A stretch of 64,000 nt of DNA from Felis catus (lineage: Eukaryota): positions 184,638,001 to 184,702,000 of the forward strand of contig NC_058368.1 in the NCBI RefSeq assembly GCF_018350175.1, in the 5' to 3' direction. Positions 12,602-26,070 of the stretch are shown here, in pieces. Under the pieces are notes generated by a model. That model worked only from the letters and a program-made list of their open reading frames with translations. It searched no databases and was not told the origin of the DNA. The translations under genes and the position numbers were made by a program. Position 1 is the first letter of the stretch. Each line of letters starts with the position of its first letter.

Positions 12602-15210
12602 TCTTACTATGTATCACAATTAGACACTAATCTAGAGCAGCATTCCCTTCTGACATCAGTGATTAATGCTCGTTGTAACTATAATAGATCAACTAAAAGT
12701 TAATGATAAGTTGACAGTCAAGAGAACAATGGTATTAATGGCAAATGGGTTCGTTAAGGAAATTTGGTAGATGGAGCCTCAACTATAAGACACTTATAGT
12801 TCAACTTGCTGTGATGGCAGCAAAAAAAAAAAAAATGCAGAGGCAGTAAAACATATTGTGTGAGGTTCTTTATTTCCTCTTTTCTTTCTTCTATTTGTAG
12901 AAATGGGTAGGGGAGGGAAAGTATCTGTAAGCATCCCATCATGACTGAAAGTTTTTTCAGAACACCCACCCATAACAAATCTCAACAGACTTGGAAACAA
13001 TTTTCTCCAGGCCAATCAGGTCATCAGCAAAGTATCCTAATGGCATTTTGTTCTTTCCTTCACAAAAGGAGCCAGAATATCTGCCTCATTTTCTCCAAAC
13101 TACTTACATCTCAGCTGGTGTCAGATTATTTCTTGCTCTCATGCTTGGCTGCCTCCATGTTGTTGACTTAATAAATCAAACTTACCCAAATGTCCCCAAA
13201 TGTGGCCTTGAAAAAAAATCTGATTTTTTTAAACATAAGCACACACTCGCCATTTGTGTAGACTCCTTGCACTTCTAGAGCTAGGTAGACATTCCCATTC
13301 CCTCACAATGTCTCTTATTAGTTCTCTCTGGTTTTATTAAAACCTTTTCTCTTTCATTAAAATAAAAAGCCTCTGAAAAACTACAGTTACAGATTTTCTG
13401 CAACCCACAATTTATGGCTGCTACTTGCAACCTTCAAAAGCTTTTAAAAATAGTATCGGCTCTATTATTCTATATTATGGTAATTGTAGTAAAGATTTAA
13501 GAGGCACTTTAAGACTTTTTAGCTCTACAGTATATTTCTGTTCCAATTTCTTGCTTAGGCATTTGGGAAAGAAACCTTATTTAAAAGCTTTACCCTCTGC
13601 CCTCTGATATACAGCTTCCCTCTTAACTACAGTAACTAGACCTCACCACACAATTAGGGAAGCTGGGTCTCCAATTAGAGCTCAGCAAAATGTGGGGCAA
13701 AGCACATCTTTCCAGAAGCCCATTCCATTTATATGCACCTGACAATAATCAAAATTTTTCTCCTATGCTACAGACCTTTGACCCCTTTGTTATGCTTCAC
13801 ATCCCCTTGTTAACTCCCTACCCCTCCTTTGCTCCCACAGGAAATCAGCGAAGATAATCACAAGATTAAATAACTCCAATGCCATTGCTAAAATGTTCAA
13901 AGCCATTAATATAACAAACGCCCAAGTGGCCACAGGGATTTATGTAGTATTGAAATTAAACTGACCTCACACTATCTTCGACATAGATCTGTTCTTTCTA
14001 GTTAACCTGTGTTTTTTCCTCTTGTTACCTAATCTAGGATGGTTACAATTCAAAACAACCAAGGAAACAGCTAATGGAATTTCCAGAACTGTGAGCATGC
14101 ACAAAAATCCCAATCTAAAGGTTGCCCTGGCATTGTTCTTTGTATTCAGTGCACCAAAGGGTATGAGCATTTTAAACATAATTCCCTCCATACACCACAT
14201 TGCTAATGCATTTTACTTGGGCACACACCATATGGAAAAACCACACATTCCCTGCTCCTTCCCTCCCTCCTTTAGGATTTCAGTAGCATCTGGACAGCAC
14301 AAATCTCTAACAGTCCCCAACTCTGCAAAGGACAGAGCCAAGTCCCAGACTTTCCTTGTTCTGACAAGAACCCTCCTACTGCAGAGTCACAATCTTTTAT
14401 TGTGTCAACAGTTATCAGCTGGGGAGCTTTTCATATGAATTTCCTCACCGAGCACATTTTCCCCCAACTGCCAGCTTTCTTCCCAAGCAAAGGATAGCTC
14501 TATTCTATACCCACAGTAAATAAACTTAAGTGTTTCCGCTTTGTTTTGCCTTGTTCCAAGATTCCATGTAAATTTCAGAATAGTGAAACATACAGTGATT
14601 TCTACACACTGGTATTTTATGATTTTAATTTGCTCAAAAGCTCTGAATTTCATTATATTTTCCCATTTGGTGCATGGGATTTTTACAGTTAACAGATGTT
14701 CACTTAATAGAGCCTCCTAGTGAGCAAATCAGTTTTTTCCCTCTGGTATTCATGTAACTTTCTAGTCTTGCAGTAGCTGTTTCTGGTGCCTGCCAAGTTA
14801 TCTGGCAGTGGAAGCTCAAATCAAAAAGTGCAACAGCTCTTTGGAAATGTGTGTTCTCATTTCTTCGGTCCCACTCATTCCAATTTAACTCCTTTCTCAT
14901 TAACACCATGTGAGAAAGCCCTCAGGGGAAAACACCAGTATCCTACCCCAGATAGGTTTCAAAGATGTTCTGCACCCACGTAAATATTTTTTAGCCTACA
15001 GCCACTGCAAATGCCAAAATTTTAACACATCCAAAATACTAGAGGAAGAGTTTTCAAAAAAACAAAAAAAATCCAAAACTATCCTAGGCCAATCTCCCAA
15101 TTTACGACTTTTTTCAGAGTTTTTTACTCAAATGTATCTCAGGACATTTAAATAAATCACAAAACCAAAGGAAGATCCCTATCCCAGGAATCTGAGCATG
15201 TCTGCTTATA

Positions 15211-15632
15211 CAAGAGTCCCCGCTAATCCATGGAAGATATGTTCCAAGACCCATGTTGAATGCCTGAAACCACAAATAGTGCAGGACCCTATATATACCA
15301 TTCCTTCCTATATAAACATACCTATGATAAAGTTTAATTTATAAATTAAGGAACAAGAGATTAACAACAATAACAACACAGAACAATTATAATATACTGT
15401 AATAAAAGTTACGTGATTATAGTCTCTCTCTCAAAATATCTTATTTTACTATACTTACCCTTTTGGTGATGATGTGAGATGACAAGATGCCCACATGCTG
15501 AAATGTAGTGAGCTATACTACTGACCCCCTGACAATACATCAGAAAGGATCATCTGCTTCCACACCAGATCACAGTTGACCATGAATAACTGAAACCACA
15601 TAAAGAGAACCATAGATGAGGAGTGATGACTG
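15211..15632 (-). mobile_element. MER44-like (Tigger7 family, TcMar) MITE
   Basis: TIRs caagagtccccgctaatcc / gatgaggagtgatgactg with TA target duplications at both ends; internal acatacctatgataaagtttaatttataaatta. Confidence 0.85.
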
Positions 15633-16007
15633 TAGTTTCTTACTTAACTAGGAAAGTTTCTGTGGGTATCTGCCAAGGCTGTTATCATGGGTCTCTTCGG
15701 TTACAAACACAACCTAAAAGTCTGAATATCCAATGACCCATCAAGACGCCCATTTGATTCAGGACACAAACAAGGATCTCTCTCTCTTGAAACTGCATTT
15801 GGAAGCCCAAATTAACCGATAAGTAGCAGCAGTATATGACAAGTTTCTTTACAAACAAATCAAAGAACTCAACTTGCTGGAAATTCTCATGGTTATTTCT
15901 TGTCACCACTCATAAGATTAGGGCTTGTGACAAGTGAAGGATAAAAAAAGGGTATGAGAGGAATTGGGGAATGTCATCAAATATTTTTCTTTGTCTCATG
16001 ATTGATA

Positions 16008-16236
16008 TTTTGTTTGTTTGTTTGTTTGTTTAGAGACATAAAGAGAGAGAGAAAGAGAGAAAGAGAGAGAGAGAGAAGTCAGGGGAGAGGGGCAGAGAGA
16101 GGGAGACAAAGAATCCTAAGTAGGCTCCACACTCAGCACAGAGCCCAACTCAGGCTTGATCCCATGACCCTGGGATCATGACCTGAGTCAAAATCAAGGG
16201 TCAGACATGCAACTGACTGAGCCACCCAAGCACTCC
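16008..16236 (-). mobile_element. Older CanSINE with (GTTT)n tail
   Basis: Reverse head ctgagccacccaagcactcc; TSD tgattgat. Confidence 0.92.
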
Positions 16237-16782
16237 TGATTGATGATTTTTAAACATCTGCAATGGACTTGCTCCTCCTTGGCTCCTGTCAAGAGCTGTC
16301 TGGCTTTCTAACATGGAATTCTCCAATGGCCTTATCTAGAATGTTTGTACCCTGACCAACTTTCAAGTCCAGCTGTGCTTCTGGGTTAGTCATCCTTCAG
16401 GACTCAGGTAAATGTCTCATTCATAAAGTTCTCCCTGATCTATACCATTTATCCTCATCTGATTATTTTTTGTTGTTGTTGCTGAGAAATCCTTTATTTT
16501 CCAAATGTCTTATTGAACAGGTAGGTAAGCTGATGCCTTAGGACTTAAGGTAGTCAACTAATCTCTCATAGATGGCTAAACTCAGGCAGAAATTAAAGCC
16601 AGTGTCCAGACTCCCACCTGAAGCACTTTCTACAATCTCAGTTTTAACCTCCTTTATCTTAATTCTTTTGTTTACCTTCCTTACTCTCACGGTATCCCTA
16701 AGCATTTTGAGGCCTACTGAGCATCTCTTATATGCTAGGTGCTTTAAATGCTTTCTTAATCCTAGGAATGCTAAAAAGTGGA

Positions 16783-17282
16783 TTTATCAGTCACAGTCTG
16801 GTTAGGAAAACAGAAACCATAAAAATGTTTCAAACCAAGTCTATCTGAAATGGGTAATCATTACAAAGGTGATTAGAAAATTGCAAAGCCTAACAGGGAT
16901 GTTAAGGCTATCAAGAATTTAGCCAAAATGGGAAGCTGTTACCTCACAGATGGAGGGACAAGGAAAAAGGCATGCCACCGGAGCCTATGGCTCAACACTA
17001 GTGATGGAAGTTGAAGCCATCATTGACTTGCCAGGTGGGAGCTGAAGCCCTGGAAGAGAAGCAGCAGCTGCTAGATGGGCTCCAGAAAGCAGAAAGAGGT
17101 GGAAACACTCTAACTTCTCCCTTCCTCCACACCTCTGCTCTCCCACCCATGCTTCTCACTGGCTAATCCCAGAACAAGCCAGCTAAGAGGGAGCTTGCAG
17201 GGGTCAGTCCACACTGTGATGCAGGACAGGGCAGTGGAAGGCTGAAATGACTCTGAGAGTTTACAGGTAAATGTCGGGAACA
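16783..17282 (-). mobile_element. ERVL-type solo LTR (LTR33/LTR41-like)
   Basis: Reverse strand begins tgttcccgacatttacc... with gctggcttgttctgggattagccagtgagaagcatggg, resembling the LTR33/41 group. Confidence 0.55.
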
Positions 17283-17734
17283 GTAAGTCCCTCAACCCCA
17301 CTTAGTTCAGAAGACTCAGGCTGGCAGTTGAGGATACTTATCCAAAGTTAGATATCTAATAAGTGATGGAATCTACATTCCAACTGCAAAACTATGACAC
17401 TGATTCCAATGGCCATAATCTCTCAATGTCTTGCCTTCACCCTCACACATGAATGTGCAGTAGGTGTTTGACGTACAACCAATGAGTTAGATGTAATGTT
17501 AAATAAGCAGCCTAGTTCTGTTCACATGTGAAGGTCTCCCTACAGAAGTCGCTGGAGGCTGTTGATTCTGTTTAGGTTTAGGAAAAGTTCTACTTATTTC
17601 CCATTTGTTGAAAAGAGAGATGCTGTTATGGACTCCCCAAATCATGAGCTTCCATGGAAGATGGTTTCAGAGCCAGTCATAAGTGGCTCATGTCTTAAAT
17701 GATAGTGGATACAGGTGTATTAATGAGATTTTGC

Positions 17735-17965
17735 AATTAGAATGAGCTGTACACAAGCCTTTGCTTTGTCACTCACAGGCTGTGTGACCCTGGGCAGGTA
17801 ACTTTCTCTCTCTGAGCATCAGTTTTGCAATGAGTGAAAGGAAAATAATAAAATCTACCATACGCGGTTGTTAAGAGGACCATATTAGATCAATTACATA
17901 AAAGAGATACTATGGTGTTTACCCAGTTCAAGCACTCAATAAAGATTAGGAAGGATAACAATAAT
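17735..17965 (+). mobile_element. MIR SINE
   Basis: Core ctgtgtgaccctgggcaggtaactttctctctctgagcatcagtttt...agcactcaataaa. Confidence 0.85.
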
Positions 17966-19532
17966 ACAGGTTATGAAAAACATTCCCCATGGACGAATAC
18001 AGCTTTACACATATAGACTAAAGAGCAAAGCCTCTCTTGAGTACTCCTGCAAAAACTCATGGTTCTACGGTGATTAAAGAATAAGTTGGCAGCAACAAAC
18101 CAGCAACACTGGTCATCAGCAAATCCTGGGGTCTGTGCTACTACTGTGAGAGCATTTAAATGGTATTTTGGGGTCTTAATTGGCAAAAAGTCAGTAACCC
18201 AAGAATTATAAAGAATTAATTTATCTGCATCCAGCTAATCAATATTCACTCAGCATGCTTCAGCTCCTAGCATCTCAGAGGAACTAAATAAATTGTCAGT
18301 CAGCAGCAGCACAATTTTATTGTGGTGGTGGCGGTATTTTTTTTTTCCTTTTGCTAAATTATTCACCTTCTCAAAAAGCAATTTGATAAATATTTATTTC
18401 TTCATAATACATTCTAACAACTGCTGATTTGTGACCCTTGCTGTGGACTGAATTTAAATTGGGGAGGAGATAAGGACTCTATGAATGTCCCAAGACAGAG
18501 CCACAGACAAGGAACTGTTTCCTTCACGCTCTCAGAGAGCACACTGGCCTCCCATGGCATGAGGGCACTAATTGAATTTAAGAGAGTAATAAGTGAGAAG
18601 CACACACAAACACAAACAAGCACATTCTGCGTGCTTGCCAGGATATTCTGTGGTACAGCTCAAGCGCGCAGCCCTGCAGCCAAGCCAAGACGGAGACTGG
18701 GGATTATGATGAAAAGTGGTCTAGGTGACAAGGAGACAGGAGAAACACGGGGAAGGCAGAATTCCGAGTGTTTTCTGACCAGAAGACCATATCTAAACAA
18801 CAAGAGAACATATAGAAGGTTATTTTCTCCTTGCTGCTTCTTCTGAACCATCTCCACTGCCCCCTCCACTACTATTGATTATTGCCCAGTTTGAGAAAAA
18901 GTCAATGCTTCTTGCAGTTAGCTGGGAAGAAAGGTGGTCCACTCAAGGGACCCTTCTAGTTCTTCCCTATCAGCTTGGTACTCTTGATGGCAAATGACTG
19001 AGGGTTTTTACAGTCTTTTCTCCAAACATTTAAGAGGATTTAAATTAAGAAGAACTGAAACTCAGTGTGCCAGGAGCAGCAGGACTGAGCGTGATTTTCC
19101 TTCACATGGGAAAAGTACAGAAGTGAACACATGTTCCTTGGCACTTGTCCCTGCTATGTAATCATGAGACAGAAATTCCCTCTCAGTGAAGGCCCACCAC
19201 ACACCTTGACTTTTGTCCTGCCTACAGCATGAGGCAGACTGCTCAGATTTAGTTTGGTTGGGACCACAAACTTCTTTATCACTCACTCACATTTCCATTT
19301 TCAAATTTTCTGACATAGAAAATTCTGGGAAAAGACCCACACCAAATTCTTTACTGTAGCTGTTCTGAGCATTAAGACTGTTTTTCCCCCAAATGCCATG
19401 TTTTACACATAGTACTTATAGAATACCACACCAGAATTTATTCCTAAGTGAGGCAAGTTCCCAAGTTGTTGTATTCAGGGTCACTACAGTTTTAGTGCCA
19501 ACCTCTGAGCATTTGGTGGCTCATCCTTTAGA

Positions 19533-19838
19533 TTAGGGGTGTAAACTCAAACACCTACAGAGGTCAGGAAAAATAGTGAGTGAAGCCAGCCAGTTCAGGG
19601 AGTACAAAGCAAGAGTGGCGACTGTAGAAAACTTAAGAGCTTAAGCACATCGGGGCATCCATAGGGGCAACCGCTACTGAGCTCCAGAAAACTATCTTCA
19701 TGGGGAAATGAAGTCTCAGCATTGCCAGTTCTTCTAATTCTGCCAAATAATTGCCAGGTTCTTCTAATTCTTGGCAAGAAATCCAATAAAAATACAACAC
19801 GGTGTGTGCCAAGATGTACAGCTGTAGTTTGTGACAGG
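19533..19838 (+). mobile_element. MER102-like hAT-Charlie element
   Basis: gtaaactcaaacacctacagaggtcagg...gagtgaagc...ggggcaaccgctactgagctccag...cagcattgccag...agtttgtgac. Confidence 0.75.
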
Positions 19839-19875
19839 GAACCATTATTATCCCCTTCCAAAATCCACAACACTT

Positions 19876-20120
19876 TGTATTAGGCTGCATTAGGTTGCAG
19901 TAGGAAATTAACCAAATGCCTAGTGGCTCAACACAACAGATTATTTCATGCTCACATAACCATCCATGGCAGTTCCAAGTCAGTTGGGACGGATGGGGAC
20001 TGAGGATGTGGGGAGGGACAAGGGAGGTCATACTCGATACAGTCATTCAGAAAACCAAGGCGAGTGGCTCTGACATCTTCAGTATGTAACTTTCAAGGTC
20101 ACCCTGCGAGTTACTCCATC
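19876..20120 (-). mobile_element. MLT1 (I/J-like) MaLR LTR fragment
   Basis: tgtattaggc...tagtggctcaacacaacagattatttcatgctcac is the reverse of an MLT1 3' end. Confidence 0.7.
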
Positions 20121-20721
20121 CTAGTCAAATATTAGTTCCTCTCTCCTCTTGCTTGTACATGAAGGCGAGGGGACCAGAGGTGAAAGAAAAGAGCAAAAGA
20201 TGAAACCTGACTTTCTTCTAACATAACATGTTCCATTAAGGACCTGGGGGTTTTATTCTGTAAGAATTTACAGAAAAGCTAGCATCTTTTATCAGTGTTC
20301 TGGGGTTTTTTTAAGTGACAGATCCAATATTTTATGATATTTGAAAGTTTGTCAAGGCATACATATACCATTCGCCACTTTCAGGAAAAAAAAAAAAGAA
20401 AAAGAAAAAGCGATTGCCAACAGTGATTGGCAATAATGGGTATTATCTCATGAACATTATAGAACACTAGAGCTGCAAGCATACTTACAGCCCCCTCAAT
20501 CTAAAGACAAGTGTTTGTCAATGGTCACACAACTCATTTAAGGCACATATACAATTAGAAAAATCCCAAATCATCATTTCTTCTACTACTTTATATATTG
20601 CCCAATCTACAATCTAAATTACTTTTCCATAGTTTAAAGGATTACTATTGTAAGATGGTCCATTTTTTTATAGATTTCAAAATCCAAAATAAAATAAAAG
20701 AGTAAGGGGAATGTGATGAAC

Positions 20722-21245
20722 ATGTGTCATTTTTTGCCTTCCCAATACCCTTTCTCTCTTCTGGCAACACACTCTCATTTTCCTTTAAGGAACTAGCCAT
20801 CTCCCCTTCGGAACGTTTGTTTGACCCCATCCATTTCCCCGGCTACAGAAATAGGCAGATGTCCCAGACCTAGCCAATCAAAGCATTCCTACTGTGGCTA
20901 GGATGTCTGATTCAGGGATAAACACATGTTCCAAGAAAGCAAACAGACTCAGTTCGGGGACTTCTGTTAGATTTCTTGGGAAGAAAACCAAGATTTCTGC
21001 TGGATTTAAAGATTAACAAGAGGATGTAAGCCAGGAGCTAATGGAGCCTATAGAACAGAAAAGCCCGCCTAATCATGAAGCCAACAGAGAGGAAAACAGA
21101 ATTACCTGATGGAAACAAAGTCCAACATCATTTGAAGCTCTGGCTTAGTTGTATAATACGGCAATCTGCCCCCCATGCCTAACTTTTTTACTGTTTTGCT
21201 TAAGTCAACTTGGGCTCAGTGATAAAAAAAAAAGTCCTGCTAACA
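20722..21245 (+). mobile_element. MLT1K/L-like MaLR LTR
   Basis: cccagacctagccaatcaaagcatt...catgaagccaacagagaggaaaacaga...ttttgcttaagtcaacttgggc...gtcctgctaaca. Confidence 0.75.
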
Positions 21246-21384
21246 GAAAAAAAAAAAGTATTACAGAAAAATAGACACCACACCCAACACTGAAAAGTCA
21301 AAACTGACAACTTATTTACTGTTTGCAAGTGATGCTCTTTTTCAGGAGGCAGACAAAAGATACAAAAGATAAATAACAGTCACA

Positions 21385-21595
21385 GTGGTAAGTACTCAGT
21401 AAATGTGAGCTCTCTCAGATACTGCCCAAAAAGCTTGGCATCTATTAAATCATTTAAACTTCACAAGCCTTTGAGGTAGGTACTATCATCACCTCCATTT
21501 CACAGACAAAGAATTTCAGTTTTATAGAGGTAACTTGCCCCAGGTCATAAAATCAGGAAGTGGCTGAGCCAGGAATCAAATCTTCATTCTATAAA
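21385..21595 (-). mobile_element. MIR SINE
   Basis: tgaggtaggtactatcatcacctccatttcacagaca...gtaacttgccccaggtcat...gagccaggaatcaaa. Confidence 0.85.
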
Positions 21596-21784
21596 ATTCA
21601 AAATTATAAGTACTCATTCTTGCTGTCAAAATATCTTGAAAAACATTTCCTTACCCAGGACATTGGTCCAAGAAAGTGGCAAGACTGATCCTATAAGATG
21701 TTGCAGGGAATACAACTGGTTGTTGAACTCCTCTAAAAGATAAGTCTTCCTCACTGAGGATTTAACCTAGTCCAAAGATTTTAC

Positions 21785-21910
21785 CTCATCTGCTAGCCTG
21801 TACGCACCTCTGGGCAAATGCAGCCTTGTTTCAGGACTGATAGTCAGCTACCCTCTTAGCCCATGGCTTCTGTACACTGCACCAACTCACAACCAGAAAC
21901 AGCAATCCTG
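21785..21910 (-). mobile_element. MER91-like hAT-Tip100 MITE
   Basis: tgtacactgcaccaactcacaacc...gcaatcctg and gctagcctgtacgcacctctgggcaaat resemble MER91 ends. Confidence 0.45.
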
Positions 21911-22111
21911 AGCAAAGCCCAAGTTGTTTCATGAATTGCTCAAAATCAAGAGTCCTAGAAGGCAACAGAGAGAGAACTCCAATCATAGTCTCCAAAATGT
22001 CCATAACAGAATAAGGGACAATTCAATCTTCTCCTGGGTCCTTCTCCTCACCACGGAGCTGCACCATCACGGCAGTATACATATCTGCATCAAGTTTTAA
22101 CCCATCAACTG

Positions 22112-22490
22112 TATTAAAGAACAAAATTCAACTGAGTCAATTTTACAGATATTATTGGCTTTATTCAGCAGTTCATGAATCAGGCAGCGTCAAATCTAGC
22201 AGACAGAAAGGAACTCCGAAAAGTTCTACAAGGTGAGAGTTTTTTATAGACAAAGTGACACAGAACAAGGAAGTTATACTGGGCATTTGCTGGTTAAAGT
22301 AGGGCGACTTTCCTTCTATGGAGCAAAGGGAAGTCTTAGAACCGGGTCAGGTAATTTGTGCTGAGCAGGCACGTGTTCACAGGTTAACCTACGCTTCCCT
22401 TTCCTGGGAGAGCAGAGCACAGATATTTAGTTGCATTGTGGCGCTTAGCCTGAGCAACTCTGTCTTGGGCCTAATCTGATTATTTTAACA
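22112..22490 (-). mobile_element. ERV1-class solo LTR (carnivore/laurasiatherian type)
   Basis: Minus strand starts tgttaaaataatc, has TATAAAAA and AATAAA, and ends ...tttaata (decayed CA); exact 4-bp TSD actg at 22108-22111 and 22491-22494. Confidence 0.8.
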
Positions 22491-23489
22491 ACTGCAAAGA
22501 CTAAGAATAAAGGCAGTAAGAAGGGATGAATAGACCCATCCTGTTTGTTTTGCTATCTGTCTGCCTTTAGGAAGGATGGTTAAATTTCTAAGCATCATTC
22601 TGCTCATCTATAAAGTGGAAATAGATGTCTAATTCAGCAGGTGGTTGGCACAGTGACGGTCACATAGCAAGTACCAAACAAATGGCAGGTCGTTCTTTCC
22701 CACTTCTGCCCACACACGAGGATCTCTGTTTAGCAAGATTTTCGTAACAAGGCATATATTTTGGAAGCAGCCAGCAATGAAGGTTCTAAGACCCCTGTTC
22801 TGATTAGTGAGTGTGCAAAGCTCAGCACAGCTGTGCCTAGGGTATTCTTATATGCCAAAAGCATCCCTCCTTTTCATCATTTATATTTGAGAAGGCCTAG
22901 ATCAGATCCTCCACACCTAGTCTGCTCCCACAGGACAGAGTGAACCTTAGAAGTGAAAAGTGGTAACTCTACCAGAGATTATAGCAATGATTAGTGAGAG
23001 AATAGAAAAAGCACTTCATCAGCTGACAGTAGAGGGCAACCAGAAGAGAAAATGGAATAACCAAAAATACTTACAAAACATCCAGATAAAGTAATAAAGA
23101 AGTTCGATGATCTGATTAAATGCTATTAGTTTGTACTTAATTAGAAAAAAAAAAATACCTTCCCCAAGTTCAGTGTGGCAAACAGCACTTATTACTTTTA
23201 CTCCAACAAAAAAGTTGAAAGCAAATATGATTGTTTCTCCAGAAAAAAAGTATAAGTATTCACTATTTTTCTTTTTACCATCCACTATGTGCTTTCTGTG
23301 ATGCTACCTAAAACATAAACTTCTTCCCTATGAGGCTTATGCTTAGATGGTAAAAGAAGACAAACAAAGAGGGAAGATGAAGAATATAAGAAAATATTTT
23401 TACTTTTCAGACACTTGATAAATTCAAAGACTACTGGCACTACAGGACAAAAAAATCCTTTCAGATCTCCATACCTCCCTTCTCTGTAT

Positions 23490-24216
23490 CGAACCAAACA
23501 CCAGATCCCATCTTTTCCCCATTCTCCATCTCTCTCCAACTCATTCTTCCCATCACCACTGCCTCTCCCCTGGGTGGGGCCCGAACATCTCTAGCCTTGA
23601 CTATTTCCACAAAGCTTTTGCAGCTTCCTTTCTTGCCCCCCTCCCCATACTTATCCTGGATTAGTATTTTTTAATACAAATTGATTCAGTTCTTAAACCA
23701 CTTTGATGATGCCCCACAGACTTCAGGATAAAAATCTAATGACTTTAAGTAATATGAGAGTCCTTTGTTCTCTGCCTGCCTCTTCAGTCCTAATCTCCTA
23801 CAAACCCTACCTGTATTCAAGGCCAAACTGAACACTTAGGTCTCCTGTCTGGTCTTTAGTACATTCTCTTCTCTCTGCCCAGAATGACCTCACACTCATT
23901 CATTTTCCTATGCCTGGATTATTCCTGTTCATCCTTTTGCGTTCAGTTTTAGATGTCAAATCGTCATGAAGCTTTGACCTCTCACACAAACAGAAAGGCA
24001 GAGGTATATACCACAAGCCTAGTAGATAAACCTAACTCCTCCTCAGAATATTATATCCACCCTAATCATAGTATCATATTGGAATTTGTCTGCTTCTCTG
24101 TCTCCCCATTAGACTCAGAGATCACTGAGACCAGGAGTTCTCCCAATGCAGATTTCCAGGGCCTAACAGGTTCTAACAGACATCAGGCACTCAGACAATA
24201 CTTACTAAATGAATGA
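23490..24216 (+). mobile_element. L2 LINE 3' portion
   Basis: catcaccactgcc...cttcaggataaaaatc...tgtctccccattagactcagagatcactgagaccagg...tactaaatgaatgag. Confidence 0.75.
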
Positions 24217-24659
24217 GTGGGTTGGAGTTGATGAGAAAGATGTTAGTGGAAGGAGATGGAATTCTAAATCAGGTCCAGAGGAATTTAAACTGGTATAATG
24301 GATTGGAGGGGACTTTCCAATAATTTTTATCTTAAATAGAACTTATTAAAATGCAAATATCCTTAATGGTTAACATCAGAAGGTATTAATTGTTTATCAC
24401 CAAGCATGTTCCAATTTAAAACTAGGCTCTACATAAATAAGATAGAATAGTGGAGGGGATAAACTTTTGGAGAACAGAAGAAAACAAAACTCATTCTCTC
24501 TAAACCAGATCCCTCCATTTTGGTCTGTTCACTCTGCAAATCAGCAAAATTTTGAACACTTCATTGGGAAAAAGTGCTCTAGATAATAAAAAAGAAATTT
24601 CCAAAATTTTAAGTGCTATATTATGATTGAAATAAAATGTATGCCTCAAAGAAGAAAAA

Positions 24660-25425
24660 ACATTCAGTAGCTCCTCACTATAGCCCGAGCTCCAACTGTC
24701 TTAACCTGACACTTTACATTTCCCAGTTTTGCTTTCCTTTCTTATCTCCTTCATGTTATTATTCCATTCTGTACCCTTTGGAATCCCGTGGGATGTTATA
24801 TATTCTCAGTAAACCATAGTTTTATTTTTATATCTCTGCCTTTTCACATCTTGTAACTTTTTTCCAGAATACCCTTTCCCTTTGCTGAGCTGGTGAAGTC
24901 ACTCATTAAGGCCCAATTCAAATTCGTACCTCCTCTCTGAAGCCATTTCCATCCCCTCCAAAGGCGAATTAATTCTCCCATCTCCACTCTCCCATAGCTA
25001 TCTCTATTCAAATACTTTCTGAGGAGCTCTAGTCGCATGGAATATCAATAGGTCATTTAGGGACCAAGGGTTTTTTCATTTTCATTAGGTTGTGAAATAT
25101 TTAGCTAAAGAGGTAGCATTTCTATAATATTTCTGAGGTCTTATATGCACTGTGAAACTTAAAAAGATATTACAGTTTAATATATTTTCCAAATCTGTAT
25201 AGTCATGAAAGTCTTGAAGCCAGGAATACCATTCTTCACAAAATAATTTGTATGGCTAGTGCTCTGCAGAATATTTTAGGTAACATGGCTGATTTTGTGA
25301 TTATCTACATGTCTGTCTCCGTAAAGAGTCTGTGTGCTCCTAAAGAATAGAATGCTTTTCTTATTGGTCTTTGCAACTTCAGCAAATAGTACATAGTAGA
25401 TTAATAAAGACCCCTTGAATTAAAT
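24660..25425 (+). mobile_element. Degraded L2 fragment with a probable nested DNA-transposon remnant
   Basis: ttccagaatacccttt...cattaaggcccaattcaaat..cctcctctctgaagcc; catgtctgtctcc..gagtctgtgtgctcctaaagaatagaa. Confidence 0.5.
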
Positions 25426-25539
25426 TCTAGAAAGAGGATAAGAGTACTAAAAAAAAAGGTAACAGGAGTGGCCACTCCCTGTTATCACTGATGATAGAGG
25501 GAAATGCACACCCACAAACATCCCCCTTCCTGTGCAAGC

Positions 25540-26070
25540 CAATTTAAAACTTTGTTTCAAGTCACAGAAACACAACTCAGGCTAACCTTTGCAAAAGAGA
25601 AACATGTTGGTAATGTAGCTGAATACTGGAGTACACTGCAAAACTAATGGAAAGGCTGCAAAAATGTAGGACCTGTGGGGAAAAAAATGAAGAACTCCAT
25701 GCTGTTGAGACACACCTGTTCCTTCTGTACCCATCTTCTATCACCGCCACATTGTTTCTCTTTGCATTTATGTGTCACTTCTTCTATAGTTAGAATGTCA
25801 GGAAACACAGAAACCATAGAAAAAGCAAGTGCCCTTATCAGAAGATGTGAGCCTCTTTCTCCCAGGGTCTGTGTACCAATATCACTGAAGGACTCTGCTT
25901 GTCTTTGCATGGTTCATGAGCCCATACTTAGGACTAATTTCTGGTGCCAGGGAACCAAGGCCTGACCATGACTGCAGCCACTCCTTTTTTCAGGACCCTT
26001 GATGAACTACCCAAAAAGTAGAGAGGAAAAGTTTGATGAGCATACCAGAAAAGAGCACCACCATACACTC
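25540..26070 (-). mobile_element. MLT1 (J/K/L-like) LTR, degraded
   Basis: tttgtttcaagtcacagaaacacaactcaggctaacctttgcaaaa is a reverse MLT1 3' end; ggttcatgagcccatacttaggactaatttctggtgccaggga. Confidence 0.6.

Noticed and set aside
12781..12801. 9-bp stem hairpin aactataag-aca-cttatagtt
   Set aside because: It is short, AT-rich, within chance expectation and too small for a pre-miRNA.
19720..19772. Repeat attgccag(g)ttcttctaattc twice
   Set aside because: It is a small local duplication inside a MER102 fossil, like the ones at 591-616 and 59112-59151.
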